DNA of 64,000 nt, taken from contig JAOOLH010000001.1 of NCBI GenBank assembly GCA_028408675.1, positions 57,975 through 121,974 on the forward strand, written 5' to 3'. Source of the stretch: Prochlorococcus sp. AH-716-K03 (GTDB lineage: Bacteria; Cyanobacteriota; Cyanobacteriia; PCC-6307; Cyanobiaceae). Both the position numbers and the translations under genes were made by a program. Under the pieces are notes generated by a model, which saw only the letters and a program-made list of their open reading frames with translations, searched no databases and had not been told where the DNA came from. Shown one piece after another: positions 34,783-46,158 of this stretch (positions within the stretch are counted from its first letter, which is position 1; each line of letters opens with the position of its first letter).

Positions 34783-36201
34783 TTAAGTATTTAAAGTATT
34801 TTGTTTACTTAAGATTGGCCATAGGTTATGACAATCTCCAGCTCCCATATTGATAATAAAATCACCTTTTTGTGTTAATTCAAAAAATTTATCTTTAATC
34901 TCATAATTATTCTTTAGGTATTTAACATTTTTATTACTTTCATAAATAAGTTCGACAATTCTTTTTGAGTTAATATTATCTATATTCTTTTCGCCAGCTC
35001 CAAAAATACTTGTTAAATAAATAACATCTGCTTTTGAAAGTTCTTGGACAAATTCATTAATAAATTGTTTAACTCTCGTAAATCTATGAGGTTGAAAAAT
35101 AGCAACTAATCTACTTTTTTGTTTATTATTTTTATTGTTATCTTTAATAAATAATCTTGCTAAATCAATTGTTGCTTTAATTTCCTTTGGATGATGAGCG
35201 TAGTCATCATAAATAATTCTTTGATTTAGGTTACCTCTATATTCAAATCGTTTTTTTGGTAATTCTAACGATTGAATTTGCTTTTTAATTTCGTTAAAGC
35301 TTACTCCAATCATTCTTGATGCTGCTATCGCAGCAGTAATATTCGATAGGTTATGTAATCCAGGAACTGGAATATTTAAAATATCAATGAAATTACCATT
35401 TTCATAATATTTGCCAGTAGTATAATTTTTGTTTACATCATTAGGAATTATTGAATAGGCAATATTTTGACTTTTTTTATTAGACCATTGATTATTTGAA
35501 GTGAAATTTTTTCTAGTAATTTCACAATCGTAATTTATTAACAATTGTTTAGAGTTAGAAGCAAATTTTTTAAATGAAATTATTAACTCGTCGATATCTG
35601 AGAAATGATCGCAATGATCAAAATCGATATTGTTAATTATTCCAATATTTGAACTGTAATTATTAATCGATCCATCAGATTCATCAACTTCCGTCACTAA
35701 AAATTTTGTATCTTCTACGTAGGCATTCGATTTATAAATTGGAATTATTCCACCAGTTATCGAGGAGCAATTATTAGTACATAATTCTAATAATGTGGAG
35801 AGGAAAGTACTTGTAGATGTCTTTCCATGGCTACCTGCTATTGATAATGATATATAAGATTTCATTATCATTGCAAGAATTTCTGAACGATGTTTTATTA
35901 AAAAATTCTTTTTTTTGCAATAGCTTAATTCTTCGTTTTCATTTCTTATAGCAGAACTAATAACAATAATGATTTTTTGATTTTGAAATTTTGAAAGTAA
36001 AAAATCAATATTATTTTTTATCTGAGAATCAAAAATTATTGCACCTAATTCTCTTAATTTGTGTATTTCTTGATTCCAAATTAAATCAGAGCCAGAAACT
36101 GTGCATCCTTTTTTTATTAATGCCATGGCGATTGCGGACATTCCAATACCTCCGATGCCAATTAAATGATAATGACCTTGATTTATTAATTTGCTTTTCA
36201 A
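34783..36201 (-). CDS. murC: UDP-N-acetylmuramate--L-alanine ligase
   Basis: GIGGIGMS, GSHGKTST, DDYAHHP and FQPHR motifs. Confidence 0.95.
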   Translation of the reverse strand: MKSKLINQGHYHLIGIGGIGMSAIAMALIKKGCTVSGSDLIWNQEIHKLRELGAIIFDSQIKNNIDFLLSKFQNQKIIIVISSAIRNENEELSYCKKKNFLIKHRSEILAMIMKSYISLSIAGSHGKTSTSTFLSTLLELCTNNCSSITGGIIPIYKSNAYVEDTKFLVTEVDESDGSINNYSSNIGIINNIDFDHCDHFSDIDELIISFKKFASNSKQLLINYDCEITRKNFTSNNQWSNKKSQNIAYSIIPNDVNKNYTTGKYYENGNFIDILNIPVPGLHNLSNITAAIAASRMIGVSFNEIKKQIQSLELPKKRFEYRGNLNQRIIYDDYAHHPKEIKATIDLARLFIKDNNKNNKQKSRLVAIFQPHRFTRVKQFINEFVQELSKADVIYLTSIFGAGEKNIDNINSKRIVELIYESNKNVKYLKNNYEIKDKFFELTQKGDFIINMGAGDCHNLWPILSKQNTLNT

Positions 36202-36396
36202 ATGCCATCTTTGACTTAAATAAAGATAACTTCTAAGTAATTATTTTGGTATTTATTTTTTACAAAAAAGTTGCTTTTATTTCATGAATTAATACAAAAC
36301 TCGAATTATTTGCTTAATAAATTAAAAAATACTTACTTTATTGCACAAAATTCTGTATGATCAGCAACTTAGGTTAATCATTAGAAAATTTTAGTT

Positions 36397-37419
36397 ATGA
36401 CTTTGCGTGTTGCTATTAATGGGTTTGGCAGAATTGGTCGGAACTTTATGCGTTGTTGGCTTAGCAGAGGTGCTTATACGAATATTGAGGTAGTTGGTAT
36501 TAACGTAACTTCTGACCCAAAAACAAATGCTCATCTCCTTAAGTATGACTCTGTCTTGGGACAATTAGAAGGGGTGGACATTCAATATACTGATGATACT
36601 TTTGTGATCAACAATAAAACAATTAAATGTTTTTCCGATAGAAATCCAATGAATTTACCCTGGAAAGACTGGGGAGTTGATCTGGTTATAGAATCAACTG
36701 GTGTCTTTAATACTGATGTTGGTGCAAGTAAGCATCTTGAAGTTGGAGCTAAAAAAGTAATTTTAACTGCTCCAGGAAAAGGAGCAGGTGTAGGAACATA
36801 TGTCGTTGGAGTTAATGCTGATTCCTATAATCATAAAGATTTTGATATTTTGAGTAATGCAAGTTGTACTACAAATTGTTTAGCTCCAGTAGTAAAAATT
36901 CTTGATCAAACATTTGGAATAAATAAAGGTTTGATGACAACAATTCATAGTTATACTGGTGATCAAAGAATTTTGGATAATAGTCATAGAGATTTGAGAA
37001 GAGCAAGGGCCGCTGCCACAAATATTGTGCCTACTTCAACAGGAGCAGCAAAGGCAGTTGCCTTGGTTTATCCTGAAATGAAAGGAAAGCTAACAGGTAT
37101 TGCAATGAGAGTTCCTACTCCTAACGTCTCAGCTGTTGACTTCGTTTTTGAATCATCCAAATCTGTAACTAGTGATGAAGTTAATAATGCTCTTAAGGAA
37201 GCTTCTTTAGGCTCAATGAAAGGAATTATCAAGTATGGAGATTTGCCATTAGTATCAAGTGATTATGCAGGAACTAACGAGTCATCAATTGTAGATAGTG
37301 ATCTTACAATGTGCATAGGAGACAATCTTGTTAAAGTGCTCGCTTGGTATGATAATGAATGGGGTTACAGTCAAAGAGTTGTAGATTTAGCTGAGATAGT
37401 GGCTAAAAAATGGGAATAA
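36397..37419 (+). CDS. gap2: Glyceraldehyde-3-phosphate dehydrogenase (Calvin-cycle type)
   Basis: [26 protein letters not shown]. Confidence 0.95.
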   Translation: MTLRVAINGFGRIGRNFMRCWLSRGAYTNIEVVGINVTSDPKTNAHLLKYDSVLGQLEGVDIQYTDDTFVINNKTIKCFSDRNPMNLPWKDWGVDLVIESTGVFNTDVGASKHLEVGAKKVILTAPGKGAGVGTYVVGVNADSYNHKDFDILSNASCTTNCLAPVVKILDQTFGINKGLMTTIHSYTGDQRILDNSHRDLRRARAAATNIVPTSTGAAKAVALVYPEMKGKLTGIAMRVPTPNVSAVDFVFESSKSVTSDEVNNALKEASLGSMKGIIKYGDLPLVSSDYAGTNESSIVDSDLTMCIGDNLVKVLAWYDNEWGYSQRVVDLAEIVAKKWE

Positions 37420-38409
37420 TCAAAAGTGAGAAAAAGAACTATTTTTATTCAAGAATTTTTTATCATTGCAGTTTGTAAATTCAACAGAGGCCTCCCCTTC
37501 GAGAAAATAGCCGATTTCTGAAATAGTATTATCTGTACTTAACAAGTTATTGGCCCATTTTCTAGGAAGAGAAAACACAAGCTCGTAATCTTCACCTCCA
37601 AAAAAATAGTATTCGTCCCATTGATTTCCTTTAGGCCAATTTTTATGTCTAGGAATTTTCGTATAATCAATAATAGCTTTGCAATTGCTTTCAATTGATA
37701 AATCTAATAATGCTTGAAATAAGCCATCACTACTATCGGTACAACCTATTATCTTATTTCTTTTATGAGGACGTGAATTTAATAGTTTTTTCAGAAAATT
37801 AGGTTTAAGTTTTGGTTTGCAAAATTGTTGTATGGATCTATTGATTAATGATTGAGTCAAAGAAATATTATTATTAAAAGCTTTTTTACTTCTTATCATG
37901 AATCCTAATTTGCTAAGACCATGAATACCTGTTGTTAGTATTATTTCTTTAGGTCTGCAAGAGTTTCTTCGTAATTTTATTTTTCCTTGTATCCCTATGG
38001 CAGTTATAGAGATTACTTTTTCTTTTCCTAAGGAGCAATCCCCTCCAAGTATTAATCCTCCGAAATGTTCCAAAGCTTGATTTATTCCTGTATATAAATC
38101 TTTAATCCAAAGCCAATCTGTGTTAGCTGGAACTACCAAACCAATATTAACTCCTAAAACTTTGCTGCAGCCACTAGATAATAGGTCAGATACGTTGCTT
38201 GCTACAGCTTTCCATCCTATTTCTAAGGCAGTAATTGTATTGTTATTAAAATGGACATTTTCAACTAATGAATCAGTATTAACCAGTATTTCTTTATTTT
38301 TAGTTGTAACAAAAGCGCAATCATCAGAGGATTGATTTTTAGGCATAAATTCTGCAAGCCTTTTTATCAATTCTTTTTCGCCAATATTCTCTAATAATTC
38401 TTTATGCAT
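37420..38409 (-). CDS. thiL: Thiamine-monophosphate kinase
   Basis: DDCA, NVSDL, DSSDGL and GGEDYELV motifs. Confidence 0.93.
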   Translation of the reverse strand: MHKELLENIGEKELIKRLAEFMPKNQSSDDCAFVTTKNKEILVNTDSLVENVHFNNNTITALEIGWKAVASNVSDLLSSGCSKVLGVNIGLVVPANTDWLWIKDLYTGINQALEHFGGLILGGDCSLGKEKVISITAIGIQGKIKLRRNSCRPKEIILTTGIHGLSKLGFMIRSKKAFNNNISLTQSLINRSIQQFCKPKLKPNFLKKLLNSRPHKRNKIIGCTDSSDGLFQALLDLSIESNCKAIIDYTKIPRHKNWPKGNQWDEYYFFGGEDYELVFSLPRKWANNLLSTDNTISEIGYFLEGEASVEFTNCNDKKFLNKNSSFSHF

Positions 38410-39493
38410 GTGATTTGAGTTTATCTATGCCATTTAAAACATCAATAGAAATGATTGTGTCATCTTTTGTAAGCTCCTCTAATACTTCAAAACCTTCTAC
38501 AACATAGCCAAATGCTGCATTCCTTCCGTCAATTAAATTTCTACCAGCTGGATTGAGTTCTGCTTCATACAAAAAGAAGAAAAATTGAGATGATCCATCA
38601 TCAACTTCTGTACTGGAGTGAGACCATCCCAAGGTCCCAAGTGTTGCAAAAGGTAACGTTGGAGTTTCTGTATAAAGACCTAACTCTTCAAAAGTTTGAT
38701 TATAAAAAGTTTCTCTTTCGTCAGGTATTCTAATTTCTAGAGGGACATGCCTCTCGACATTTTTCTCAGGATCTACGTACCCTATTGCATCTCCAACGGG
38801 ATCACCAGTTTGAAGAACAAAAAATTCTTCAGCTCTATTGATTGGTAAATTATTATAAAAGTTTTTTGAAGATAAATCTATGAATGCACCAGCAGTCAGA
38901 GGTGCATTAAATCCATCAATTATGGCCTTCATATCGCCTTTAGAAGTTTTTATATTAACTTTTGCTCTTCCAAGTAATCTAGGAAGCTCGTCAAATTCGC
39001 TTGGAATAATATAAGGAAATTCTTTGGGTAAAAAATATTCTTCTAATCCGCCAATTTTATCAAGTGCTTCTTTTCTGGTTGTGATGAATGAGTATTTATC
39101 TTTTAAATTGGCTCCATTTGCAAGATTATCAAAATCATTCTTGAGATCTAATAATGTTTGTTCTGCTACTTTTTGTTTTTCAATTGGTAGTTCTTCAACA
39201 ATTCGAGTCTTATACTTTTTTAGCAAAGATTGACATTTTGTAACAGTTTTTGAGAGAGCTGGCCATCTTCCGCCTCTTACAAGGTCACTAGTATCTTCCA
39301 ACTTATGTTGAATTTCTTGTAGCTCAACTTGCTTGATAGGGAGTGCATTTCTGAGTATTGCATTAGGGTCTTTTACAGCGTTTCCAGTAGGTAAATCTGC
39401 TAAAACTTGTATCGGTTTTAAGAAGAAAATTTGTACTAAAATTAGTATTAGGAAAAAATAATGTTTGTTCTGATTTGATAAGAAGTTTTGCAT
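38402..39493 (-). CDS. Cyclophilin-type peptidyl-prolyl isomerase (thylakoid TLP40/CYP38-like)
   Basis: [30 protein letters not shown]. Confidence 0.88.
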   Translation of the reverse strand: MQNFLSNQNKHYFFLILILVQIFFLKPIQVLADLPTGNAVKDPNAILRNALPIKQVELQEIQHKLEDTSDLVRGGRWPALSKTVTKCQSLLKKYKTRIVEELPIEKQKVAEQTLLDLKNDFDNLANGANLKDKYSFITTRKEALDKIGGLEEYFLPKEFPYIIPSEFDELPRLLGRAKVNIKTSKGDMKAIIDGFNAPLTAGAFIDLSSKNFYNNLPINRAEEFFVLQTGDPVGDAIGYVDPEKNVERHVPLEIRIPDERETFYNQTFEELGLYTETPTLPFATLGTLGWSHSSTEVDDGSSQFFFFLYEAELNPAGRNLIDGRNAAFGYVVEGFEVLEELTKDDTIISIDVLNGIDKLKSHA

Positions 39494-39536
39494 AGCACTC
39501 TTACAGGTTTATGATCCTTGGGTATGTAATACAGGA

Positions 39537-40097
39537 ATGATTTCCAGTAACGATTTTCGCACAGGTACCACCATTGAGTTAGATGGACAGGTTTGGCGCG
39601 TTGTAGAATTTCTACATGTTAAGCCTGGTAAAGGTTCTGCCTTTGTGCGAACAAAATTAAAATCAGTTCGAAACGGCAATGTAGTCGAAAAAACTTTTCG
39701 AGCTGGAGAATCAGTACAACAAGCTATCCTCGAAAAGTCTAACCTGCAACATACTTATGTGGAGTCAGGAGATTATGTTTTTATGGATATGACAAGTTTC
39801 GAAGAAACAAGACTCTCCTCTGATCAAATTGGCAGGGGTTCAAAGTATTTAAAAGAAGGTATGGAGGTTAATGTAATTTTCTATAAAGATAAAGTTTTAG
39901 AAGTTGAACTTCCAATCTCCATAACTTTAAAAGTTATAGAAACAGATCCTGGAGTTAAAGGAGATACTGCGAGTGGGGGTACTAAACCAGCTATCCTAGA
40001 AACAGGTGCTCAAGTTATGGTCCCTTTGTTTATTTCTGTAGGAGAAATGATTAAGGTCGATACTCGTAACGATAGTTATCTTGGACGTGAAAACTAA
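39537..40097 (+). CDS. efp: Elongation factor P
   Basis: [10 protein letters not shown] and PGVKGDT motifs. Confidence 0.97.
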   Translation: MISSNDFRTGTTIELDGQVWRVVEFLHVKPGKGSAFVRTKLKSVRNGNVVEKTFRAGESVQQAILEKSNLQHTYVESGDYVFMDMTSFEETRLSSDQIGRGSKYLKEGMEVNVIFYKDKVLEVELPISITLKVIETDPGVKGDTASGGTKPAILETGAQVMVPLFISVGEMIKVDTRNDSYLGREN

Positions 40098-40603
40098 TGG
40101 CTATGAAATTAGATCATGATGACTTAGATCGCTTGATAGAAAAAATTTCTACAAGTGATATTCAAGAGTTTTCTCTAGAAGGAGAAGATTTCAAACTTGA
40201 AATAAAAAGAAATTTGTTTGGCCAGAATTATCCAACTAACAATCCGACTGCAAATAATTCTTTCGAGAAGCAAATAACTGCATCTCAATCATCACCAACT
40301 GATAATACTAGTCTAGTAGGCAATGCTGAAGTCACTCAGGTAGCCCCTCCAGGGCGCTCAGACCTTTTAGATATTACTTCTCCTATGGTTGGTACATTTT
40401 ATAGAGCTGCAGCCCCAGGAGAGGATCCATTTGTTGAAGTGGGAAGTAAAGTTAATATTGGGCAAACGATTTGTATACTTGAAGCTATGAAGTTAATGAA
40501 CGAAATTGAATCAGAGTTTAATGCTGAAATCGTAGAAATTCTTGTTGAAAATGGAACACCAGTAGAGTTTGGACAAGTATTAATGCGAGTTAAACAGTCT
40601 TGA
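40097..40603 (+). CDS. accB: Biotin carboxyl carrier protein
   Basis: SPMVGTFY and EAMKLMN biotinylation motif. Confidence 0.96.
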   Translation: MAMKLDHDDLDRLIEKISTSDIQEFSLEGEDFKLEIKRNLFGQNYPTNNPTANNSFEKQITASQSSPTDNTSLVGNAEVTQVAPPGRSDLLDITSPMVGTFYRAAAPGEDPFVEVGSKVNIGQTICILEAMKLMNEIESEFNAEIVEILVENGTPVEFGQVLMRVKQS

Positions 40604-41620
40604 ATCTTTTGTCAAATCAAAAGCTGCTTTTATTGCCTCTACCATACTTTGAGATTGTGCTAAACCCTTGCCTGCAATGTCAAATCCAGTTCCATGGTCG
40701 GGTGATGTTCTTATAAAGGGTAAGCCAATAGTTGTATTAACTGAGTAATTAAGAGCTATAACCTTGATTGGAATCAATCCCTGATCATGATACATAGCAA
40801 GAATTCCATTATGTTTAGGAGCTGTCTTATTTCTCCAAGCTTTTGCAGATGAATTCCAGCAAGTATCAGGCGAGATTGGTCCTGATACTTGTACTTCTTT
40901 ATTCACCTCCCTCCAGCTCTTAACTGCATGATTGATCCAAATTTTTTCTTCGCTTCCTAATATTCCTTCTTCACCAGCATGAGGGTTTAATCCAGCAACT
41001 TTTAGAAGAGGGTTTTTAACATAAGTTTTGCAAAACTTTGTAAGCAAATCTAATTTTCTATGTATAAGATTTGTAGATAATTGTATTGGTACTTGGCATA
41101 AAGGTATATGGGTAGTTGCTAATAACGTGTTAAATCTCCAACCAGTTATTGGAGATTTAGCCGTAAATAACATGCCAACATCATTAACTTGACAAGATTC
41201 TGCTAATAATTCTGTTTGACCAGAATAATAATGGCCTGATAATGCCCATGACTTTTTACAAATAGGTCCAGTAACTAATGCTGCATTTCGATACTTCTGA
41301 ACAATTTCAATAGCTTTCTTTAGGTAAAAGAAACTTGAATTCCCATTACTTTTTTTATGTTTATTTTTTTCAAAAGGAATTTTAACGTCACATATCTTGT
41401 AGTTGTTAGGATCTGCAATATTTTCAACTCCTAAAGATTTAAGATTTTTATATGTATTTTCTAGATTATTCTTTGATCCAACAATTATAAAATCAACATT
41501 AGTTGGAATTTCTTTTGAAAAAAGAGCTTTCAAAATAATTTCTGGTCCGACTCCTGAATCGTCTCCAACACTTATGATAATTTTAAATTTATCTTCAATA
41601 ATATTGCTTTGAGTATTCAT
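40580..41620 (-). CDS. pdxA: 4-hydroxythreonine-4-phosphate dehydrogenase
   Basis: NPHAGE, MYHDQG, RTSPDHGT. Confidence 0.94.
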   Translation of the reverse strand: MNTQSNIIEDKFKIIISVGDDSGVGPEIILKALFSKEIPTNVDFIIVGSKNNLENTYKNLKSLGVENIADPNNYKICDVKIPFEKNKHKKSNGNSSFFYLKKAIEIVQKYRNAALVTGPICKKSWALSGHYYSGQTELLAESCQVNDVGMLFTAKSPITGWRFNTLLATTHIPLCQVPIQLSTNLIHRKLDLLTKFCKTYVKNPLLKVAGLNPHAGEEGILGSEEKIWINHAVKSWREVNKEVQVSGPISPDTCWNSSAKAWRNKTAPKHNGILAMYHDQGLIPIKVIALNYSVNTTIGLPFIRTSPDHGTGFDIAGKGLAQSQSMVEAIKAAFDLTKDSRLFNSH

Positions 41621-41722
41621 AATAAAATTTTAAATGTTAAAAATTAAAGTTTAGATTTCTTTTTTTAATAAGCTTTGTGAAAATCTATTAATTCCATAAC
41701 AAAAAATATTTTGTCTAATCAT

Positions 41723-42604
41723 TTAATTGATACTCGCAAGGCAGTTATCTAAGCCTACTCTGAAGTTTTTATAAATAAGTTTATATCCTAATTTTTCACA
41801 TAGTAATTTATTGGAAACTCTTCTATTTTCTATCCAAAATGATTGGGCTATTGGTGATAAATCATTTTTAGCTTCTTCGAATAATATTTTTTTAGGCATT
41901 TTTAATCCAAGTAATTTGTAACCATATTTTATAACTTCAATTTGTGAGCAAGGCTCGTCATCTGCGATATTTATAATTTGATGAAAATCCAATTTATTTT
42001 TAGTTTGTATTAAATAAATAATTGCATTTGCAATATCGGCAACATGTATTCTTGAGAAAACTTGATTTTTTTTATCTATCACTTTGACTTTTCCCGTTTT
42101 GATAGCTTCTAAAGTTGACCTCCCTGGACCGTAAATTCCAGGTAATCTGAAAATTTGTATTGGCAAATCAGAATTAATCCATTCTTTTTCACAATTTAAT
42201 CTCCTTTGACTTCTTTCCTGAAGTGGATTGGGTTGATCTTCTTCAGATACCCATTCACCATAAGTGTTACCATAAATTCCCGTAGTAGATAGATATCCAA
42301 CCCACATGAGAGATAAATTTTTAATTTTATTTTGAAGTTTTTTTAATACTGGGTCGTTACCATTTTTATCTGGAGGTATGCAACTAAGAATATGAGTTAC
42401 TCCTTCAAAGATTGAATCCTTAGGTATTAAATTTTTGTCGCTATTAAAAATAAAATTGTTGGGGTCATTACTTACAGATCGAGAACTTGTTAATGCTATG
42501 CAGCCTAGTTTTCTTATTGATTTTGCAAAGTAGTCTCCGCTAAAACCTCCTCCAAAGATTAGAAATTTATTTTTAACCGTAAGTGGACTTGATATGTCGA
42601 TCAT
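41723..42604 (-). CDS. NAD-dependent epimerase/dehydratase (SDR)
   Basis: GGGFSG, YLSTTGIYG, RLPGIYGPGR. Confidence 0.85.
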   Translation of the reverse strand: MIDISSPLTVKNKFLIFGGGFSGDYFAKSIRKLGCIALTSSRSVSNDPNNFIFNSDKNLIPKDSIFEGVTHILSCIPPDKNGNDPVLKKLQNKIKNLSLMWVGYLSTTGIYGNTYGEWVSEEDQPNPLQERSQRRLNCEKEWINSDLPIQIFRLPGIYGPGRSTLEAIKTGKVKVIDKKNQVFSRIHVADIANAIIYLIQTKNKLDFHQIINIADDEPCSQIEVIKYGYKLLGLKMPKKILFEEAKNDLSPIAQSFWIENRRVSNKLLCEKLGYKLIYKNFRVGLDNCLASIN

Positions 42605-42642
42605 ATAGTATTATAAATAGTACATATGTATTATTAAGAAAA

Positions 42643-42879
42643 ATGCCAACCTTAATTAAGCCTGAAGTAAAACTAAAGATAGCTAGTTTTGATAAATTTA
42701 CTTATAAACTTGAAGAAAGATCAAAAAATTCCAAATCTAGTTTAGATTTTAAATTCTACCAAACATTATTTGTAATACTTTGCACATCTTGCGCATTTTT
42801 AATATTTCCTGAATCTCCACAAAATTCCGAAATATTATGCAAGAAATATCATTCTTCAGAGGCATGTCTTGTCTGGTAA
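42643..42879 (+). CDS. Small hypothetical protein
   Basis: ATG at 42643; hydrophobic segment followed by a Cys pair (CKKYHSSEACLVW). Confidence 0.55.
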   Translation: MPTLIKPEVKLKIASFDKFTYKLEERSKNSKSSLDFKFYQTLFVILCTSCAFLIFPESPQNSEILCKKYHSSEACLVW

Positions 42880-43284
42880 TTAAGCGGCATTATATCCATT
42901 CTCATCAGCTTCATAATTTTTATTTTTTTTATCCTTAAAACTAGGGTTTGCCCATTGTAATAATCTTAAAGCTAATCTTAAATCACCATCTAACCATGCT
43001 CTAATAGCCATTGCTCTTCTAGGATCATAGAATTTTTGTTTTCGATACCAATACAAAGCATTATCATCTGATTTGTCTCCATTACAGGATAAGCATGCCG
43101 GGACACAATTTTCGGTTGTACTTAATCCTCCTTGACTTCTAGGCAGTATGTGATCAATCGACTCTGAAGGCTTTCCACAGTAAATGCAACTTTTTCCTGT
43201 AAATCTATGAATTGATTTCCGCCATTGCCTGAATCTGAATTTAGGACATAAATCTTCTAAAAAGACAGCATCATTAATGTGCAT
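42880..43284 (-). CDS. HNH endonuclease family protein
   Basis: CIYCG...SIDHILPRSQGG...NCVPACLSCN. Confidence 0.9.
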   Translation of the reverse strand: MHINDAVFLEDLCPKFRFRQWRKSIHRFTGKSCIYCGKPSESIDHILPRSQGGLSTTENCVPACLSCNGDKSDDNALYWYRKQKFYDPRRAMAIRAWLDGDLRLALRLLQWANPSFKDKKNKNYEADENGYNAA

Positions 43285-43452
43285 TCAGATTATTTAATTA
43301 CATATAATATTGACGGATTAATTTCAAAAGTCAATATTTTTTGTTACTTTGTATATTAAATCTTTGAGATAAAATATATTTTATGTATATACTTATACTT
43401 AAAAAGTAATATTTAACTGATAATCTAAATGTAGTTAATTATACTTTTAAAC

Positions 43453-43872
43453 CTAGTAGCTATATCTATCAAAAGTTTCTTCGGAGTAATCCTTACTTTC
43501 TTTTTCTTTCATAAGTTCTTCTTGTTTACGCTTTTTTTCTTTTCTATTGTTTTCTAATTGTAGTTTTCTATCAGGATGAAGTTGATCTAAATATTCAACG
43601 CAATAAGAAAACTTTTCTCTCTCTCTTACAACTGTTTCAATAATTTGGCCTGCGGCTTGTTTTGGAGAGGTTTTAAAAATTCCTCCTTTTTGTTTTTTTA
43701 TATAACTGTAAGCTGCTTGCCAACTGCTTTCATGATCATTCCCTCCATCTCGCATAGTACAAAATATTTCTGCACCAAAGGAACCTGCAATTGCTTTAGG
43801 GGTAAATAATAAAATTGGAATAGATATTACAACCAAAGGAAAAATTGCCATTGTTTTTCTATACTTTTTCAT
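43453..43872 (-). CDS. Conserved picocyanobacterial exported protein
   Basis: Signal peptide; GAEIFCTMRDGGNDHESSWQAAY. Confidence 0.7.
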   Translation of the reverse strand: MKKYRKTMAIFPLVVISIPILLFTPKAIAGSFGAEIFCTMRDGGNDHESSWQAAYSYIKKQKGGIFKTSPKQAAGQIIETVVREREKFSYCVEYLDQLHPDRKLQLENNRKEKKRKQEELMKEKESKDYSEETFDRYSY

Positions 43873-43930
43873 AAATTTCTATATCATCTATATAAAAAAT
43901 ATCTTTTATTTTGATTATGTCTAGATAAAT

Positions 43931-44443
43931 TTAAGATTTTATTATTCCAAATAGATTTAGCAATTTTACTATTATTGGCAGAATTAAAAGAACAGTAATT
44001 AATCTCACTGCATGAAGAGTTGCAACGGCAGGTCCTACTCCATATTCAGAACCCACTAAACTCATACCACTTATTCCTCCTGGCGCTGCACCAAGAATTG
44101 TCGTTATTACATCCACACCAAGTAATCTGCTGGTCCATAAACCAATCGCTAATCCTGTAATTATTAAAGTAAATGTTATTAAAATCGCAGGTCTCCATAA
44201 AGTTTGTAATTCAACCAATGAGTCTTTGGTTAAACTAGTTCCAATTACGGTTCCAATGCCTATTTCTAAAATAGTTCTTGTTCCATTTGGCCATACTGCA
44301 GAATCAACTTTCCCACTAATGCTAAAAATACTTGCACCAATTAAAGCACCGGCTAGCGGAGCTGCAGGTATCCCTGTTTTTAAAGCTAGTGCTCCAAAAA
44401 CGGTACCTGCAATTAAATAATAAATTAGATTTATATTTGACAT
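43931..44443 (-). CDS. AbrB-family membrane protein
   Basis: Multiple TM helices; APGGISGM...LHAVRL. Confidence 0.8.
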   Translation of the reverse strand: MSNINLIYYLIAGTVFGALALKTGIPAAPLAGALIGASIFSISGKVDSAVWPNGTRTILEIGIGTVIGTSLTKDSLVELQTLWRPAILITFTLIITGLAIGLWTSRLLGVDVITTILGAAPGGISGMSLVGSEYGVGPAVATLHAVRLITVLLILPIIVKLLNLFGIIKS

Positions 44444-44735
44444 TAAATAAAATAAACTGTTTGGACATAATACTTAGAAATAAATTTAAAGGCTCGGGTA
44501 TATGTTCAAAATATGTTGTTATTTACTTATTCAATAGCTTTCAATGAAATTTCATAGATTTTATTTTCAATAAATTAGGAATTTATTTGCTTGATATTTA
44601 TTCTTTAAACTCATTTTTAATCTTAAAAATACTTAAATATATGAAAATTAAAAAATTTATATTTAAAATTAGTTAGTTTTTTGCTGCATAATGGGCCTTT
44701 GAGTTGGCATAATATAAATTAAAGCATTATTTGTT

Positions 44736-44933
44736 ATGGCTCCACAAATTTCTTATACCGCAAATAAAAACCCAATTAAAAAGAAATTATCTTTTTTTGA
44801 ATGTGGGCATCAACTTGAAAAGTTAGAATTTGCTCTTGCTGTAGCTCAAACTAATGGTGACGAACAAAAATCGTTAGTCTTAAGAAAAAAAATAGTTGAA
44901 TTAGGTGGAAATGTTGAGGAGCCTGGTACTTAG
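44736..44933 (+). CDS. Small hypothetical protein
   Basis: 65-aa ORF with an upstream TG-n-CATAAT promoter-like element. Confidence 0.6.
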   Translation: MAPQISYTANKNPIKKKLSFFECGHQLEKLEFALAVAQTNGDEQKSLVLRKKIVELGGNVEEPGT

Positions 44934-44934
44934 A

Positions 44935-46098
44935 TTATCTTGCATATAGATGGCATGATGCGATTTTCAAGGCCTCTCCTGTTATTTCAGTAGAAACCAT
45001 ATTCTGTTCTACTAATGTATTTCCTATTGCAGCTATCACTCCAATTACATCCCTATCATTTATATAACCTAAGTGTCCCACTCTAAATATTTTGCCTTTT
45101 AAATGATCTTGTCCTCCAGCTAGTAAAATATCGTATTTATCTTTTATTATTTTTCTAAACTTTTCTGCATCTATACCTTCAATTTTAATTGCAGTGACTG
45201 ATGGGCTTAAATGATTTTTATCAGCAAATAATTTGAGATTTAGTATTTTTGCAGCTTCACTGATAGCGAGTTTATGTCTTTCATGTCTTTTGAAAATTTT
45301 ATCTAGTCCTTCATCTTGCATCATTTTTAATGATTCATCGAGAGCAAAAACTAAATTTACTGCTGGAGTATAGGGATTACTATTGCTTAAAAGACTCTTT
45401 TTATATGATTTTAAATTTAAATAGAATTTAGGTAAATTAGAATTTTCTGCGGCTTGCCATGCCTTCTCACTCATTGATACAAAGCTTAATCCTGGCGGTA
45501 TCATGTATCCTTTTTGCGATCCTGAAGCAACAATATCTAGTTCCCAATCATCCACGGGTACATTACAAGCTCCAATACTTGTTACGCAGTCAATTATTGA
45601 TAATGCTTTTTTATGATTACGAATATAAGAACTTATTGTTTTTAAATCATTAATCACTCCTGTTGAGGTTTCTGAATGTGTAAGGATAACTGCTTTTATT
45701 TCTTTCTTTTCATCTTTTTCTAAAATTGTTTTAAATTGTTCTGGATCAAGTGGGCTCCCCCATTCCGCATCAATTTTAACTACTTCGAGTCCGAATTCTT
45801 TTGCAACTTTTACCCATCTTTGGCCAAATTTTCCATTCTCACCACAAATAACTTTGTCTCCTTTACTTAATGTACTTATCATTCCTGCTTCCATTGCAGC
45901 AGTTCCACTCCCTGTAATTGTTAAAACATCATTTTTTGTTTGATGAAGCCATTGTAGATTTTTAGTAGTTATCTCAACAAGATCTTGAAAATCTCTACTT
46001 CTATGCCCTATAGGATGCTTTCCAAGTGCTTGTAAAACTTTTTCTGGAACTGGTGTGGGACCAGGTATCATCAATGATAATTTTTGTTGTATGGCCAC
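44935..46098 (-). CDS. Class V PLP aminotransferase (serine-pyruvate/DHSS-like)
   Basis: MIPGPTP, HSETSTG, SGSQKG, FRVGHLG. Confidence 0.92.
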   Translation of the reverse strand: MAIQQKLSLMIPGPTPVPEKVLQALGKHPIGHRSRDFQDLVEITTKNLQWLHQTKNDVLTITGSGTAAMEAGMISTLSKGDKVICGENGKFGQRWVKVAKEFGLEVVKIDAEWGSPLDPEQFKTILEKDEKKEIKAVILTHSETSTGVINDLKTISSYIRNHKKALSIIDCVTSIGACNVPVDDWELDIVASGSQKGYMIPPGLSFVSMSEKAWQAAENSNLPKFYLNLKSYKKSLLSNSNPYTPAVNLVFALDESLKMMQDEGLDKIFKRHERHKLAISEAAKILNLKLFADKNHLSPSVTAIKIEGIDAEKFRKIIKDKYDILLAGGQDHLKGKIFRVGHLGYINDRDVIGVIAAIGNTLVEQNMVSTEITGEALKIASCHLYAR

Positions 46099-46158
46099 TT
46101 TTTAATTAATAGGTCATTCTAAGATTAGTAGTCATAAAATATTTTTCAATTACTTGGT

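Noticed and set aside
42880-43284. HNH nuclease as a homing or mobile element
   Set aside because: No flanking repeats or intron context; it sits among ordinary core-type genes.
2686-45653. Numerous short antisense ORFs within core genes (e.g. 12875-13213, 23073-23438, 24413-24808)
   Set aside because: They overlap well-supported genes on the opposite strand or in another frame and have no motifs.
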